From positions 60,001 through 92,000 of the forward strand of contig JBMYVL010000004.1 of assembly GCA_049606355.1 (NCBI GenBank): DNA of 32,000 bases. Direction: 5' to 3'. A program made the position numbers and the translations under genes. Positions 20,730 through 29,676 of the stretch are shown one piece after another. Positions within the stretch are counted from its first letter, which is position 1; every line of letters starts with the position of its first letter. This DNA is from Opitutales bacterium (lineage in GTDB: Bacteria; Verrucomicrobiota; Verrucomicrobiia; Opitutales; Coraliomargaritaceae). The notes beneath the pieces are model-generated. The model was given only the letters and a program-made list of their open reading frames with translations. It did no database searches and had not been told where the DNA came from.

Positions 20730-22842
20730 TGCCCTGCAGTACACCAAGAGTCTGCAGAAGGGTGCGATTCGTCACATAATTATCCGTGTGTACCGATATA
20801 AACGCATCCATGCCAGCGCTGCGGTAGGCGTCTTCGTGATCCCCGGGTGAACCAGCGAGAACGAGGCACAGGTCAGGAAATTTTTCTTTTATTGCAGTGG
20901 CGTAATCAGTGAAGTGAGCGGCATAGGCAGCGTCGGTTCCACAAACGACCGCAATCCCGGCGTTGCTGGCATCGAGTGCTCGCATGGCTTCCGCGGGTCT
21001 TTTTAATTCTTCGGAGCAGGTCACGGCAAAGCCGCCAGCTTCAAAAAAAGCTTTGGTAAATTCGGCACGCGCGCGGTGTCGACGCACCGGGTCAAGATGC
21101 ATCAGACAGATTATCGGCCGCTGCCCTGTTGTTTTAGCGAATTGATGGGTGGCATCGCGCAGCGCTTCATAGTCAGTAGCGAGTCGCCTGTTGGGCAGCA
21201 CTTCGCTGTCGACGTCGGTTTTGCTGGGCGTACGAATGATTTTGCTCAGTTCGCTGATGCTTGCCCCAGCGCTTACGGCAGTGATCATTGTAGGCAGTCG
21301 ATTGGCAGGTTCACTGCGTTGTACCGATTCGAGTGCCTGTTGCCGATAGCGATCGGGTCGGGGTTGTGCGGTAGGGTCTTCCTGTTTTGTGGTCGTCTTG
21401 GCTTGTGCAGCTTGTAGCGGAGTTTCTGTTACATTGGGGTACACGTTGGTTCCAACTAGGCTCCGTCGCCGCGTTTTCAGTTTTTGCTCTTCGCTGGCCG
21501 CTGTTGCCGCGACTTGCGACTGTACAAAGCCGGATTTTAATGCGCGCTCGATGCCACCAACGGCTTCGATCTCTTGAAAAAATTTCCATGCGCCTTCACA
21601 GACTTCATTGGATAGCCATTCGACGGCCCAAGAACCACCCGCTGGATCGAGGACATGGGTGAGGTCGCATTCTTCTTGAAGGATGAGTTGGGCATTGCGA
21701 GCAATGCGTTGACTGAATGTATCTGCTGCGCGACAAACTTCATCAAAAGGACCGATCGTAAGACTGTCGATGCCAGCGATGGCAGCACTGAGGGCTTCGG
21801 TGGTGGTACGCAGCATATTTACGTAGGGGTCGTAACGTGTTTTATTATAAAGCCCCGTACGCGCGTGGAGTGTAATTTTTTGCGTAGTTGGACTCCCGCC
21901 AAAAGCGGCTACGACCTGTGCCCACAGTAGGCGAGCGGCACGTAGCTTTGCGATTTCCATAAAAAAGTTCGGTCCGATCGCAAAACTGAACCGTAGTTGT
22001 GGGCTTGCGTCCTCAATGCTCATGCCACGGGCGAGCAGCGCTCGCAGGTAGCATGCACCCGTTGCCAGCGCGATGCCGAGCTCTTGCACTGCGGAAGCGC
22101 CGGCTTGGTGGTAGGGGAGCGTGGAGATGCCGACCGCTTTGAGCTTAGGTGCATGAGTGGCGCAGTAGTGGGCCAGCACTGCTTGTTCATCCAGTAAGTC
22201 TGCAAGGTCATTCGGTAGGGTGCCGCTCGCCGCTTTGACTGCCAGAGGGTCCATGTTGAAGCTACCCTTAACGGCAGTAAGCTGCGTGTCTTGTTCGTGA
22301 AGCCAGGCGAAAAACAAGCTTGCTAGGTACAATCCCTCGCAACCGGATTGAAAATGAAAGCTAATGGCGCCGGGGATGATCTCCGCAAAAGCTGCCTGTA
22401 GGTCTGTTAAGTTGGTTAGGGAGAGGCCGGCAGCTTGCGCCTGACTGTTGCCTTCTCCAGCTGGATGCTCGCTGCGGGGGAATGCCCCATTGATACGTAG
22501 GTTAAGCGCAGTTTGCCCGCCCATTAAAGCGAGGTGGGCGATTTGATTGAACTCTTCCGGCGTGTCGGCGGAGAACTCCTGCGCAACCTCCCATTTCGTG
22601 TCGGTATAACCCGCTGCGGTTGTACCACGTAGGTAGCCGTCAAAACCGGGGAGGGTGTCGCTGGCTGGTAGTTTTTCGAGAACATCTCTTTGGAAGATGG
22701 GCGGCAGGGTGATGCCCTCTGCCGTGGTGCCTAGCATTGTTTTTGCGAAGGACTTCCCCTTGAGGAGCTTTAGCGCAGCTTCGTGCCAGTCTTGTGCGTT
22801 TGAGGGGGCGAATTCAGTGAGTAATGGCGCACGCCTTTTCAT
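20722..22842 (-). CDS. mutA: methylmalonyl-CoA mutase small (beta) subunit
   Basis: Mutase-barrel homology ([31 protein letters not shown]), but the C-terminal Rossmann-like domain lacks DxHxxG. Lies immediately upstream of mutB and overlaps it. ATG 22842 is preferred over GTG 22848. Confidence 0.85.
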   Translation of the reverse strand: MKRRAPLLTEFAPSNAQDWHEAALKLLKGKSFAKTMLGTTAEGITLPPIFQRDVLEKLPASDTLPGFDGYLRGTTAAGYTDTKWEVAQEFSADTPEEFNQIAHLALMGGQTALNLRINGAFPRSEHPAGEGNSQAQAAGLSLTNLTDLQAAFAEIIPGAISFHFQSGCEGLYLASLFFAWLHEQDTQLTAVKGSFNMDPLAVKAASGTLPNDLADLLDEQAVLAHYCATHAPKLKAVGISTLPYHQAGASAVQELGIALATGACYLRALLARGMSIEDASPQLRFSFAIGPNFFMEIAKLRAARLLWAQVVAAFGGSPTTQKITLHARTGLYNKTRYDPYVNMLRTTTEALSAAIAGIDSLTIGPFDEVCRAADTFSQRIARNAQLILQEECDLTHVLDPAGGSWAVEWLSNEVCEGAWKFFQEIEAVGGIERALKSGFVQSQVAATAASEEQKLKTRRRSLVGTNVYPNVTETPLQAAQAKTTTKQEDPTAQPRPDRYRQQALESVQRSEPANRLPTMITAVSAGASISELSKIIRTPSKTDVDSEVLPNRRLATDYEALRDATHQFAKTTGQRPIICLMHLDPVRRHRARAEFTKAFFEAGGFAVTCSEELKRPAEAMRALDASNAGIAVVCGTDAAYAAHFTDYATAIKEKFPDLCLVLAGSPGDHEDAYRSAGMDAFISVHTDNYVTNRTLLQTLGVLQGND

Positions 22843-22991
22843 AAGCACTACTTAATATAATATTTTTTAAGATAAGTAATGCTTGCAATCGGTGGCAGAT
22901 CTGTCAATAAGATTAGTTAATCAATCGGTTGTAGCAAATAAGAATAACTAATCATAAAACCTAGATTTATCTCAACAAAACACTGAGGCTT
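22843..22991. promoter_or_regulatory. AT-rich divergent promoter/operator region between the mutAB-adenosyltransferase and mce-mmd-CoA-transferase-meaB operons
   Basis: The most AT-rich stretch I noticed in the window. Direct repeat CAATCGGT at 22886-22893 and 22922-22929. Inverted repeat ATTAGTTA (22912-22919) / TAACTAAT (22945-22952). Minus-strand TTGACA at 22902-22907. Plus-strand TTGTAG-18nt-CATAAA at 22929-22958. Confidence 0.5.
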
Positions 22992-23396
22992 ATGCTCACT
23001 CAAATTGATCATCTTGGTATTGCGGTTCACAGTATCGACGCCTGCATGGCTTATTATGAAACGACATTGGGACTCGAATGCCTGGGTCGTGAATCCGTCC
23101 CATCTCAGCAGGTCAACACGGCCTTTTTTAAGCTCGGTGAAGTCCGCCTTGAGTTGCTAGAGCCAAGCGACGAAGGCAGCCCAATAGCCAAGTACCTCGA
23201 GCGACACGGCGAAGGTATCCACCACATCGCGTATCGCACCGATGCGATTGAAGAGCAATTAGCACAAGCTGCGACTAACGGTGTACGCTTGATTCACGAA
23301 ATCCCTTTTGTCGGTGCCGCAAATAAGCGTGTGGCGTTCTTACATCCGAAGTCCACGCATGGAGTGCTTACCGAGTTTTGTATGGATGCGGAGTGA
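22992..23396 (+). CDS. mce: methylmalonyl-CoA epimerase (VOC/glyoxalase fold)
   Basis: 134 aa. IDHLGIAVHSID...LELLEP...GEGIHHIAY...HPKSTHGVLTEF matches the epimerase pattern. Its position upstream of the decarboxylase genes fits this call. Confidence 0.88.
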   Translation: MLTQIDHLGIAVHSIDACMAYYETTLGLECLGRESVPSQQVNTAFFKLGEVRLELLEPSDEGSPIAKYLERHGEGIHHIAYRTDAIEEQLAQAATNGVRLIHEIPFVGAANKRVAFLHPKSTHGVLTEFCMDAE

Positions 23397-23437
23397 GGCT
23401 GACTGCATCCACAATTATTCAACAGACGCAACAAACG

Positions 23438-24988
23438 ATGGCAATTAATCCCAACTTAATTGAAGATCTGAATCAGCGCCGCACGCTGGCACGACAGGGT
23501 GGCGGCTTGGACAAGCAGCGCCAACGTCGAAGCAAGGGGCTATTGGCTGCACGTGAACGGCTGGAATATTTGTTTGAGGCAGGTACCTTTCAGGAGTTTG
23601 GCATGCATGCACAACATACCTGCACTCGATTTGGAATGGCTGCCAAGCAGCTGCCTGGTGATGGGGTGGTTTGTGGGACCGGCTTAGTCGAGGGTCGTGC
23701 CGTCGCGGCCTATGCACAGGATTTTACCGTCTGCGGGGGCTCTTTGGGTCGAATTCACGCTAAGAAAATTGCTGACCTTATGGATTTTGCGCACGAGGTC
23801 GGCATGCCACTGATCAGTGTGAATGACTCTGGTGGTGCGCGAATTCAAGAAGGTGTCGATTCGCTGAGCGGCTATGGGCAGGTATTTTTTAAAAATGTAT
23901 TACTCTCTGGGGTCGTTCCACAAATTGCGGTGATTGCTGGGCCCTGTGCGGGTGGAGCGGCCTATTCGCCCGCCTTGGCCGATTTTTTGATCATGACGCG
24001 AGCGAATGCCCACATGTTCATTTGTGGCCCCGATGTTATTCAGGCAGCTACCGGCGAAGTGGCACCGTTGCAGCAATTTGCCTCTGCTGAGGCTCACGCG
24101 AACGTATCGGGTAACATTCATCTGGTTGCAGAAGATGACCGCCATGCCATGGAATTAACAGTCAAGCTGCTGTCGTTTCTACCGAGCAATAATCTTTCCG
24201 ACCCGCCGCATGAAATTTCTGATTTGGACCTCAGCGATGACCCCGAACTGAATGTCATTGTCCCGGAATCAGGTAAGGATCCGCTCGACGTACACGCAGT
24301 GATTCAACGCGTGGTCGATGCGGGTGAATTTTTTGAGATTATGTCTGAGTTTGCACAGAATCTCATCGTTGGTTTTGCGCGGATTCAAGGAGTGGTTGTT
24401 GGAGTGGTTGCCAATAACCCGATGATTAAGGCGGGCACGCTCGACATCGATAGCTCAGATAAAGGCGCACGTTTTATACGCACCTGTAATGTCTACAACA
24501 TACCGATAGTGACCCTCGTTGACGTGCCTGGCTTTATGCCAGGTTTGGCGCAGGAGCAGGGTGGGATTATTCGCCATGGTGCCAAGATGCTATTTGCGTA
24601 TGCCGCCGCTACGGTACCTAAAATTACTCTAATTCTGCGCAAGGCTTATGGAGGTGCCTACCTTGCCATGTGTTCCGCAGATTTGGGCGCCGATATGGTA
24701 TTTGCTTGGCCCACTGCTGAGATCGCGGTGATGGGTGCCGAGGGTGCATCGCGCATACTGTTTCGAGAAACGATTCAACAGGCGGACGACCCGAAGGCGA
24801 AGGCTGCAGAGATTGCTGAGAACTACCGAAAGGAGTTCGCGTCGCCCTATCAGGCAGCTGCAAATGCAATGATCACAGATGTGATTGAGCCTGCGCAAAC
24901 TCGCTCAGCGATCGCATTGGCACTACGCAACACTCTGAGTAAGCGCGATACACGACCTCCGAAGAAGCACGGCAATATTCCCCTTTAA
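23438..24988 (+). CDS. mmdA: methylmalonyl-CoA decarboxylase alpha subunit / 12S-type carboxyltransferase
   Basis: Carboxyl-transferase family: GGGLDKQRQRRSKGLLAARERLEYLFEAGTF, GPCAGGAAYSPAL, RKAYGGAYLAM and a C-terminal KKHGNIPL. ATG 23438 (MAINPNLIEDL) fits the family N-terminus. The track start at 23378 is a TTG inside mce. Confidence 0.9.
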   Translation: MAINPNLIEDLNQRRTLARQGGGLDKQRQRRSKGLLAARERLEYLFEAGTFQEFGMHAQHTCTRFGMAAKQLPGDGVVCGTGLVEGRAVAAYAQDFTVCGGSLGRIHAKKIADLMDFAHEVGMPLISVNDSGGARIQEGVDSLSGYGQVFFKNVLLSGVVPQIAVIAGPCAGGAAYSPALADFLIMTRANAHMFICGPDVIQAATGEVAPLQQFASAEAHANVSGNIHLVAEDDRHAMELTVKLLSFLPSNNLSDPPHEISDLDLSDDPELNVIVPESGKDPLDVHAVIQRVVDAGEFFEIMSEFAQNLIVGFARIQGVVVGVVANNPMIKAGTLDIDSSDKGARFIRTCNVYNIPIVTLVDVPGFMPGLAQEQGGIIRHGAKMLFAYAAATVPKITLILRKAYGGAYLAMCSADLGADMVFAWPTAEIAVMGAEGASRILFRETIQQADDPKAKAAEIAENYRKEFASPYQAAANAMITDVIEPAQTRSAIALALRNTLSKRDTRPPKKHGNIPL

Positions 24989-25030
24989 CGGGTACGTTGC
25001 GAACAATCCCCCCGACCATCCTTAGGTATC

Positions 25031-25471
25031 ATGCAGTTTATCTTTTCCAGTAGATTTTTGGCAACCTTAGACACGGGTTCTGTTTCCATTTCGAACGCCC
25101 TCGTTATTGTACTGATTGGTTTTAGCTTTGTTGTCATGACTCTGGCTTTATTGACTGCCGTGACGGCTGTTATCGGTTGTTCGTTTGCCCGCCGGTCAGC
25201 CATCGAATGTCGCCAAGCTGCTGAGGCCTCGCAGTTGGCGACGAAGCACTTGGTGGAGCAACTGAAGACGAACCCGCCGTCACCGGCGACCGCTCGGTCT
25301 GACGATCTCGGTCCTGAGGAGGAGGATCCGCATTACCTTGCTGTGGTCGCGGCAGCCGTCCACAGCGTGTTTGGCGATCGCGCCCATCGAATCATTTCAA
25401 TTCGTAATGGTGACTCTGGCTGGGCTCAGGAAGGCCGCCGACAAATTTTTTCATCGCACCGCGTGCGTTGA
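25031..25471 (+). CDS. OadG-like small membrane subunit of the Na+-translocating decarboxylase (MmdD-like), unusually long
   Basis: One N-terminal TM helix (VIVLIGFSFVVMTLALLTAVTAVIG), then a Pro/charge-rich linker, then the block DPHYLAVVAAAVHSVFGDRAHRIISIRNG..WAQEGR. Lies between the carboxyltransferase and biotin-carrier genes, as in known mmd/gcd/oad operons. Confidence 0.55.
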   Translation: MQFIFSSRFLATLDTGSVSISNALVIVLIGFSFVVMTLALLTAVTAVIGCSFARRSAIECRQAAEASQLATKHLVEQLKTNPPSPATARSDDLGPEEEDPHYLAVVAAAVHSVFGDRAHRIISIRNGDSGWAQEGRRQIFSSHRVR

Positions 25472-25510
25472 GGTAATTCTGCCATCGATCTTTATTGAAA
25501 GAACACAGTA

Positions 25511-25900
25511 ATGAAAAATCTACGAATTACAGTTGAAGGTAAAACCTATGAGGTCGCAGTGGAATTGTTGGATGAGAGTGCCACGGCACCTGCGAGGCAT
25601 TCCCTGCCGTCAAAGGTGAGTCGTGACTCCAAGCGAGTCGAAGCATTGAATGCAGCGGAGCATCGTCACGAACCAAGCATTGAGCAAGAGGGTGATCTCG
25701 TGAGTCCTTTAGCGGCGGTCGTGGTGTCCATTGAAACCGAAGTCGGTGCTACAGTCGCGGCCGGACAAAACCTGATTACGTTGGAGGCGATGAAAATGAA
25801 TACTCTGGTACCCGCGCATCGCTCGGGGCGCGTCGAATCGATCCATGTGAGTGCTGGTGCCGCGGTCGAGGAAGGGCAATTACTCGTACGAATCATCTGA
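25511..25900 (+). CDS. mmdC: biotin carboxyl carrier subunit (1.3S / MmdC-like)
   Basis: 129 aa. Biotinylation motif LEAMKMN (Lys95, nt 25793-25795). The N-terminus MKNLRITVEGKTYEVAVELLDE resembles the N-terminus of the Propionibacterium 1.3S subunit (MKLKVTVNGTAYDVDVDV). Confidence 0.85.
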   Translation: MKNLRITVEGKTYEVAVELLDESATAPARHSLPSKVSRDSKRVEALNAAEHRHEPSIEQEGDLVSPLAAVVVSIETEVGATVAAGQNLITLEAMKMNTLVPAHRSGRVESIHVSAGAAVEEGQLLVRII

Positions 25901-25938
25901 TGGCTTTGCTCAACTAAGTTAATCAACTGTACCGATGC

Positions 25939-27114
25939 ATGCTTGAATTGCTACAGAGGTTTTACACGCATACCGGTTTTTCGCAGGTGACATGGCAAAT
26001 GTCCGTTATGTGGGTCGTGGTCGCGGTACTGCTCTACCTTGCTGTTTATAAAAAATTCGAACCACTGCTGCTAGTGCCAATTGCTTTCGGAGCCTTGTTG
26101 GCCAATTTGCCGACTAGCGGTATCATGGAAGGGCTTAAGTTTGCCGATCAGGCGTATCCATTTAAAAGCGATGGCACAGGCGGAGTTTTTTATTACTTAT
26201 TTCAAGGCATCCACTTGGAATTGTTTCCGCCGTTAATTTTTATGGGTGTTGGTGCGCTGACTGATTTTGGTCCGCTGATTGCCAACCCACGGACATTTTT
26301 GCTCGGAGCGGCAGCTCAGTTTGGCGTTTTTGCAGTTTTTCTTGCCGCATTCTTGATGCGCGCGGTCGGAATCGAGTATAGTTTACCTGAGTGTGCTTCG
26401 ATTAGTATTATCGGGGGGGCTGATGGTCCAACCTCGATTTTTTTAGCCAATCATTTAGCACCTCACCTAATCGGAGCGATTGCAGTATCGGCCTATAGCT
26501 ACATGGCATTGGTTCCGGTCCTGCAGCCTCCCATCATGCGGGCGTTGACGACTGAAACGCAGCGCAAAATTCGTATGCAGCGCCTACGTGTGGTGAGTAA
26601 GCTGGAAAAGTTGGTTTTTGCAGTAGCCATTATGGTCGGATGTATCGTGTTGGTTCCGCCGGCGTCGCCTTTGATGTTTATGCTGTTCTTTGGTAATTTT
26701 ATGCGTGAATGCGGAGTGGTTGAGCGCTTGAGTCGTACAGCTCAAAATGAACTGATCAACAGCGTGACCTTGTTTCTCGGTGTTAGCGTAGGTATCACCA
26801 TGAATGGTCAGGCGTTTCTCACTGTGCAAACTCTGGGCATCCTCGGTTTAGGCGTGTTGGCCTTTGCGCTGGCAACCGCATCGGGCATATGGATGGCTCA
26901 ACTCTTGAATCTGTTTTTGCGGGATAAGATCAATCCGCTGATTGGATCCGCGGGGGTGAGTGCGGTGCCGATGGCATCGCGTGTCAGTCATATTGAAGGG
27001 CAAAAAGCCGATCCGAACAACTATCTCCTGATGCATGCGATGGGTCCGAATGTAGCGGGTGTCATCGGCACCGCACTGGTTGCAGGTTTTTTTATATCTC
27101 TTCTTGGCGAATGA
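25939..27114 (+). CDS. mmdB: sodium ion-translocating decarboxylase beta subunit (OadB/MmdB/GcdB family)
   Basis: 391 aa, polytopic membrane protein. Family motif [13 protein letters not shown] and the C-terminal [15 protein letters not shown]. Confidence 0.9.
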   Translation: MLELLQRFYTHTGFSQVTWQMSVMWVVVAVLLYLAVYKKFEPLLLVPIAFGALLANLPTSGIMEGLKFADQAYPFKSDGTGGVFYYLFQGIHLELFPPLIFMGVGALTDFGPLIANPRTFLLGAAAQFGVFAVFLAAFLMRAVGIEYSLPECASISIIGGADGPTSIFLANHLAPHLIGAIAVSAYSYMALVPVLQPPIMRALTTETQRKIRMQRLRVVSKLEKLVFAVAIMVGCIVLVPPASPLMFMLFFGNFMRECGVVERLSRTAQNELINSVTLFLGVSVGITMNGQAFLTVQTLGILGLGVLAFALATASGIWMAQLLNLFLRDKINPLIGSAGVSAVPMASRVSHIEGQKADPNNYLLMHAMGPNVAGVIGTALVAGFFISLLGE

Positions 27115-27146
27115 AGGGTTAACCGCAGAAGCGAAAATTCACTACG

Positions 27147-28643
27147 ATGATGGAAAAAGTAGTTAACTTCCCACTGCTGTCGGCGGACGAGGCGGCAGCA
27201 ATGATCGAGAATGGGGCAGTCGTCGGGTTTAGCGGGTTTACCCCAGCGGGAGCGGCCAAGGAGATTCCGAAAGCTCTGGCGCGGCGCGCGAAATCGGAAC
27301 ATGCGGCAGGCCGCGCGTACAAGTTGGGTGTGGTGACGGGAGCTTCGACGGGAGACTCATTGGATGGCGAATTGGCGCGCGCAAATGCCATGCTTTTCCG
27401 TACGCCCTACCAAAGTAACCCAGACCTGCGAGTTGCGATCAATCATGGGCAGACACATTTTTTTGACATGCATTTATCGCAGTTGCCGCAGGCAATACGC
27501 TATGGGCAACTTGGCACGCTTAGTTTTGCAGTGATTGAGGCGGCTGATGTGTCTCCTGCGGGAGAGATTACACTCACGACTTCGGTTGGAGTCTCGAATA
27601 CTATCTGCGCGGCAGCCGATCGAATCTTGATAGAACTGAATGCCTACCATCCGAAAACCCTTAAAGGACTCCACGATATTTACGAGCCGAAGGATCCACC
27701 GAATCGCCGTCCGGTGCCGATTGAAACGGTTAAGGATCGTATTGGCACCCGCTACCTGCAGGTCGATCCAGCTAAGATTGTTGGAATTGTGCCGACCAAT
27801 CGTGCGGATGAGGTGGCGAGCTTCAAAGAAGCCGATTCACTGACAAACCAGATCGGTGAACATGTCGCGAGCTTCCTTGCTACAGAACTTCAAGACGGGA
27901 GACTGCCGGAGGGGTTTCTCCCGATTCAATCAGGAGTGGGTAATATTGCCAATGCAGTGTTGGGCGCCCTAGGGGCAAACACGCGCATCCCGCCTTTTTC
28001 AATGTATTCGGAAGTGATACAGGACAGCGTCATCCAACTGATGCGTCAGGGTGCTATCACCTTTGCTTCAGCGACCTCCCTGACCTTGTCGCCGCAAGTC
28101 TTAAAGCAAGTCTACACTGATTTAGAATTCTTTAAACAGCGCATGATTCTGCGCCCTCAGGAAATTTCTAATAATCCCGAGGTAGTGCGCCGCTTGGGTG
28201 TGATCACCATCAATACGGCGATCGAAGTTGATATCTTTGGTAATGTAAATTCGACCCATTTGATGGGGAAGAACCTGATGAATGGCATTGGTGGCTCAGG
28301 CGACTTTACTCGAAATGCCTACCTTTCGATCTTTACCTGCCCTTCAATCGCCAAAGGAGGTGCCATTAGTACGATCGTGCCGCTGGTAGCGCATTTAGAC
28401 CACAGCGAACATTCTGTGAATGTCATCGTGACTGAACAAGGAGTCGCAGACCTGCGCTGTAAAGATCCGGTGCAACGTGCGCATGCGATCATCACACAGT
28501 GCGCACATCCAGATTATCGCGAACCCTTATTGCAGTACCTGGGGGACACTAAAAACGGCCATACGCCGCAGACATTAAGTAAAGCTTTCGCGATGCATCA
28601 GGCCTACCTTGAGCGCCAAGACATGCACGGTGTGCAGATGTGA
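27147..28643 (+). CDS. acetyl-CoA hydrolase/transferase-family CoA-transferase (probable succinyl-CoA:propionate/acetate CoA-transferase)
   Basis: 498 aa. N-terminal AAAMIENGAVVGFSGFTPAGAAKEIP, plus MYSEVIQDS and MNGIGGSGDFTRNA, as in ScpC/AarC/Cat1-type enzymes. Substrate is inferred from the neighbouring genes only. Confidence 0.82.
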   Translation: MMEKVVNFPLLSADEAAAMIENGAVVGFSGFTPAGAAKEIPKALARRAKSEHAAGRAYKLGVVTGASTGDSLDGELARANAMLFRTPYQSNPDLRVAINHGQTHFFDMHLSQLPQAIRYGQLGTLSFAVIEAADVSPAGEITLTTSVGVSNTICAAADRILIELNAYHPKTLKGLHDIYEPKDPPNRRPVPIETVKDRIGTRYLQVDPAKIVGIVPTNRADEVASFKEADSLTNQIGEHVASFLATELQDGRLPEGFLPIQSGVGNIANAVLGALGANTRIPPFSMYSEVIQDSVIQLMRQGAITFASATSLTLSPQVLKQVYTDLEFFKQRMILRPQEISNNPEVVRRLGVITINTAIEVDIFGNVNSTHLMGKNLMNGIGGSGDFTRNAYLSIFTCPSIAKGGAISTIVPLVAHLDHSEHSVNVIVTEQGVADLRCKDPVQRAHAIITQCAHPDYREPLLQYLGDTKNGHTPQTLSKAFAMHQAYLERQDMHGVQM

Positions 28644-28680
28644 TGGTAGCCGTCCAAAGTGATGCAGTGCTGACCGATCC

Positions 28681-29652
28681 ATGAAACAAAAGCCGGATAT
28701 CGAACGATTAGCGGTAGGTGTCCGGGGCGGCGACCGGGCATTGCTGGCACGAGCGATCACTTTAGTCGAAAGTTGCGCACCGGAGCACCAGATTGCCGCC
28801 CGCCAATTAATGGAGTCTGTTCTCCCGCACACAGGTGGTTCGATTCGGATCGGACTCACGGGAGTTCCAGGAGCGGGGAAGAGTACGCTCATCGAGGCCC
28901 TCGGCTTGCATCTTTGTGGCTTAAATCAAAAAGTTGCGGTGCTCGCAGTCGACCCCACAAGTTCGTTGCACGGGGGCAGTATCCTTGGCGATAAAACACG
29001 AATGGAAGGGCTATGCCACGAGGCGAATGCCTTCATCCGGCCCTCACCATCAGGGAATAGTCTAGGCGGTGTTGCAGCGCGTACACGTGAGAGTCTGTTG
29101 CTCTGCGAAGCGGCTGGCTATGATGTAACGATCATCGAAACTGTGGGCATCGGACAAAGTGAAAGCGAAGTACGCACCATGACGGATTGTTTCCTGTTGG
29201 TACAGATCCCCGGGGCAGGCGATAGCTTGCAGGGAATTAAGAAAGGAGTGATTGAGTTGGCGGATGCAATCGTAGTGAACAAAGCCGATGGACCCGAGCG
29301 CGTGCGAGCGCAACAGGTGCAAGCGGACTTTTTACGCCTATTGCGGTTCCTGCAGCCCTTCACGCCTGGGTGGGAGCCGCAGGCTCTACTGTGTTCGGCA
29401 CTGCAGGGAGATGGCGTGGCAGAAATTTGGGAACTTATCTGCCGGTTTATTTCGCAGACACGAAAGAGTGGCATTTTTGAAAGGCGACGCTGCGAGCAGA
29501 ATGTCGACTGGTTGCATGCGTTGATGCAGCAAACAGTCATGCAACGATTTAAGGCTCACAATGCCGCGCGTATCGAAGCTCTGGAGTTAGCCGTGGCAAA
29601 TGGAGCTATGCCAGTCGCCAGCGCTCTGGGCGAGCTGATGGAGGGTAGTTAG
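28681..29652 (+). CDS. meaB: methylmalonyl-CoA mutase-associated G-protein chaperone (MeaB/ArgK)
   Basis: P-loop GLTGVPGAGKST, ETVGIGQSE and VNKADG (NKxD). 323 aa. Confidence 0.9.
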   Translation: MKQKPDIERLAVGVRGGDRALLARAITLVESCAPEHQIAARQLMESVLPHTGGSIRIGLTGVPGAGKSTLIEALGLHLCGLNQKVAVLAVDPTSSLHGGSILGDKTRMEGLCHEANAFIRPSPSGNSLGGVAARTRESLLLCEAAGYDVTIIETVGIGQSESEVRTMTDCFLLVQIPGAGDSLQGIKKGVIELADAIVVNKADGPERVRAQQVQADFLRLLRFLQPFTPGWEPQALLCSALQGDGVAEIWELICRFISQTRKSGIFERRRCEQNVDWLHALMQQTVMQRFKAHNAARIEALELAVANGAMPVASALGELMEGS

Positions 29653-29676
29653 GGCTTTGCGCTCGCGCGTTGGTGT

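Noticed and set aside
20730-20747. TTG-initiated extension of mutB (MVYCRA...)
   Set aside because: It would overlap mutA by 26 nt. ATG codons at 20729 and 20708 give N-termini compatible with MutB homologues.
22902-22907. Perfect TTGACA -35 hexamer on the minus strand upstream of mutA
   Set aside because: I could not pair it with a convincing -10 at 16-19 nt spacing (the best is AAGCAT). It is therefore not called as a discrete promoter and is mentioned only within the regulatory-region feature.
18419-22991. Cobalamin riboswitch controlling the B12-dependent mutase genes
   Set aside because: No B12-box-like sequence or long structured leader is present. The leaders are short: the gap upstream of the adenosyltransferase gene is 100 bp and the shared promoter region is 149 bp.
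23378-23437. N-terminal extension of mmdA from the ORF-track start (a TTG inside mce)
   Set aside because: The extension overlaps the mce stop and adds residues (MYGCGVRLTAST...) that are absent from carboxyltransferase N-termini. ATG 23438 gives the family-typical start.
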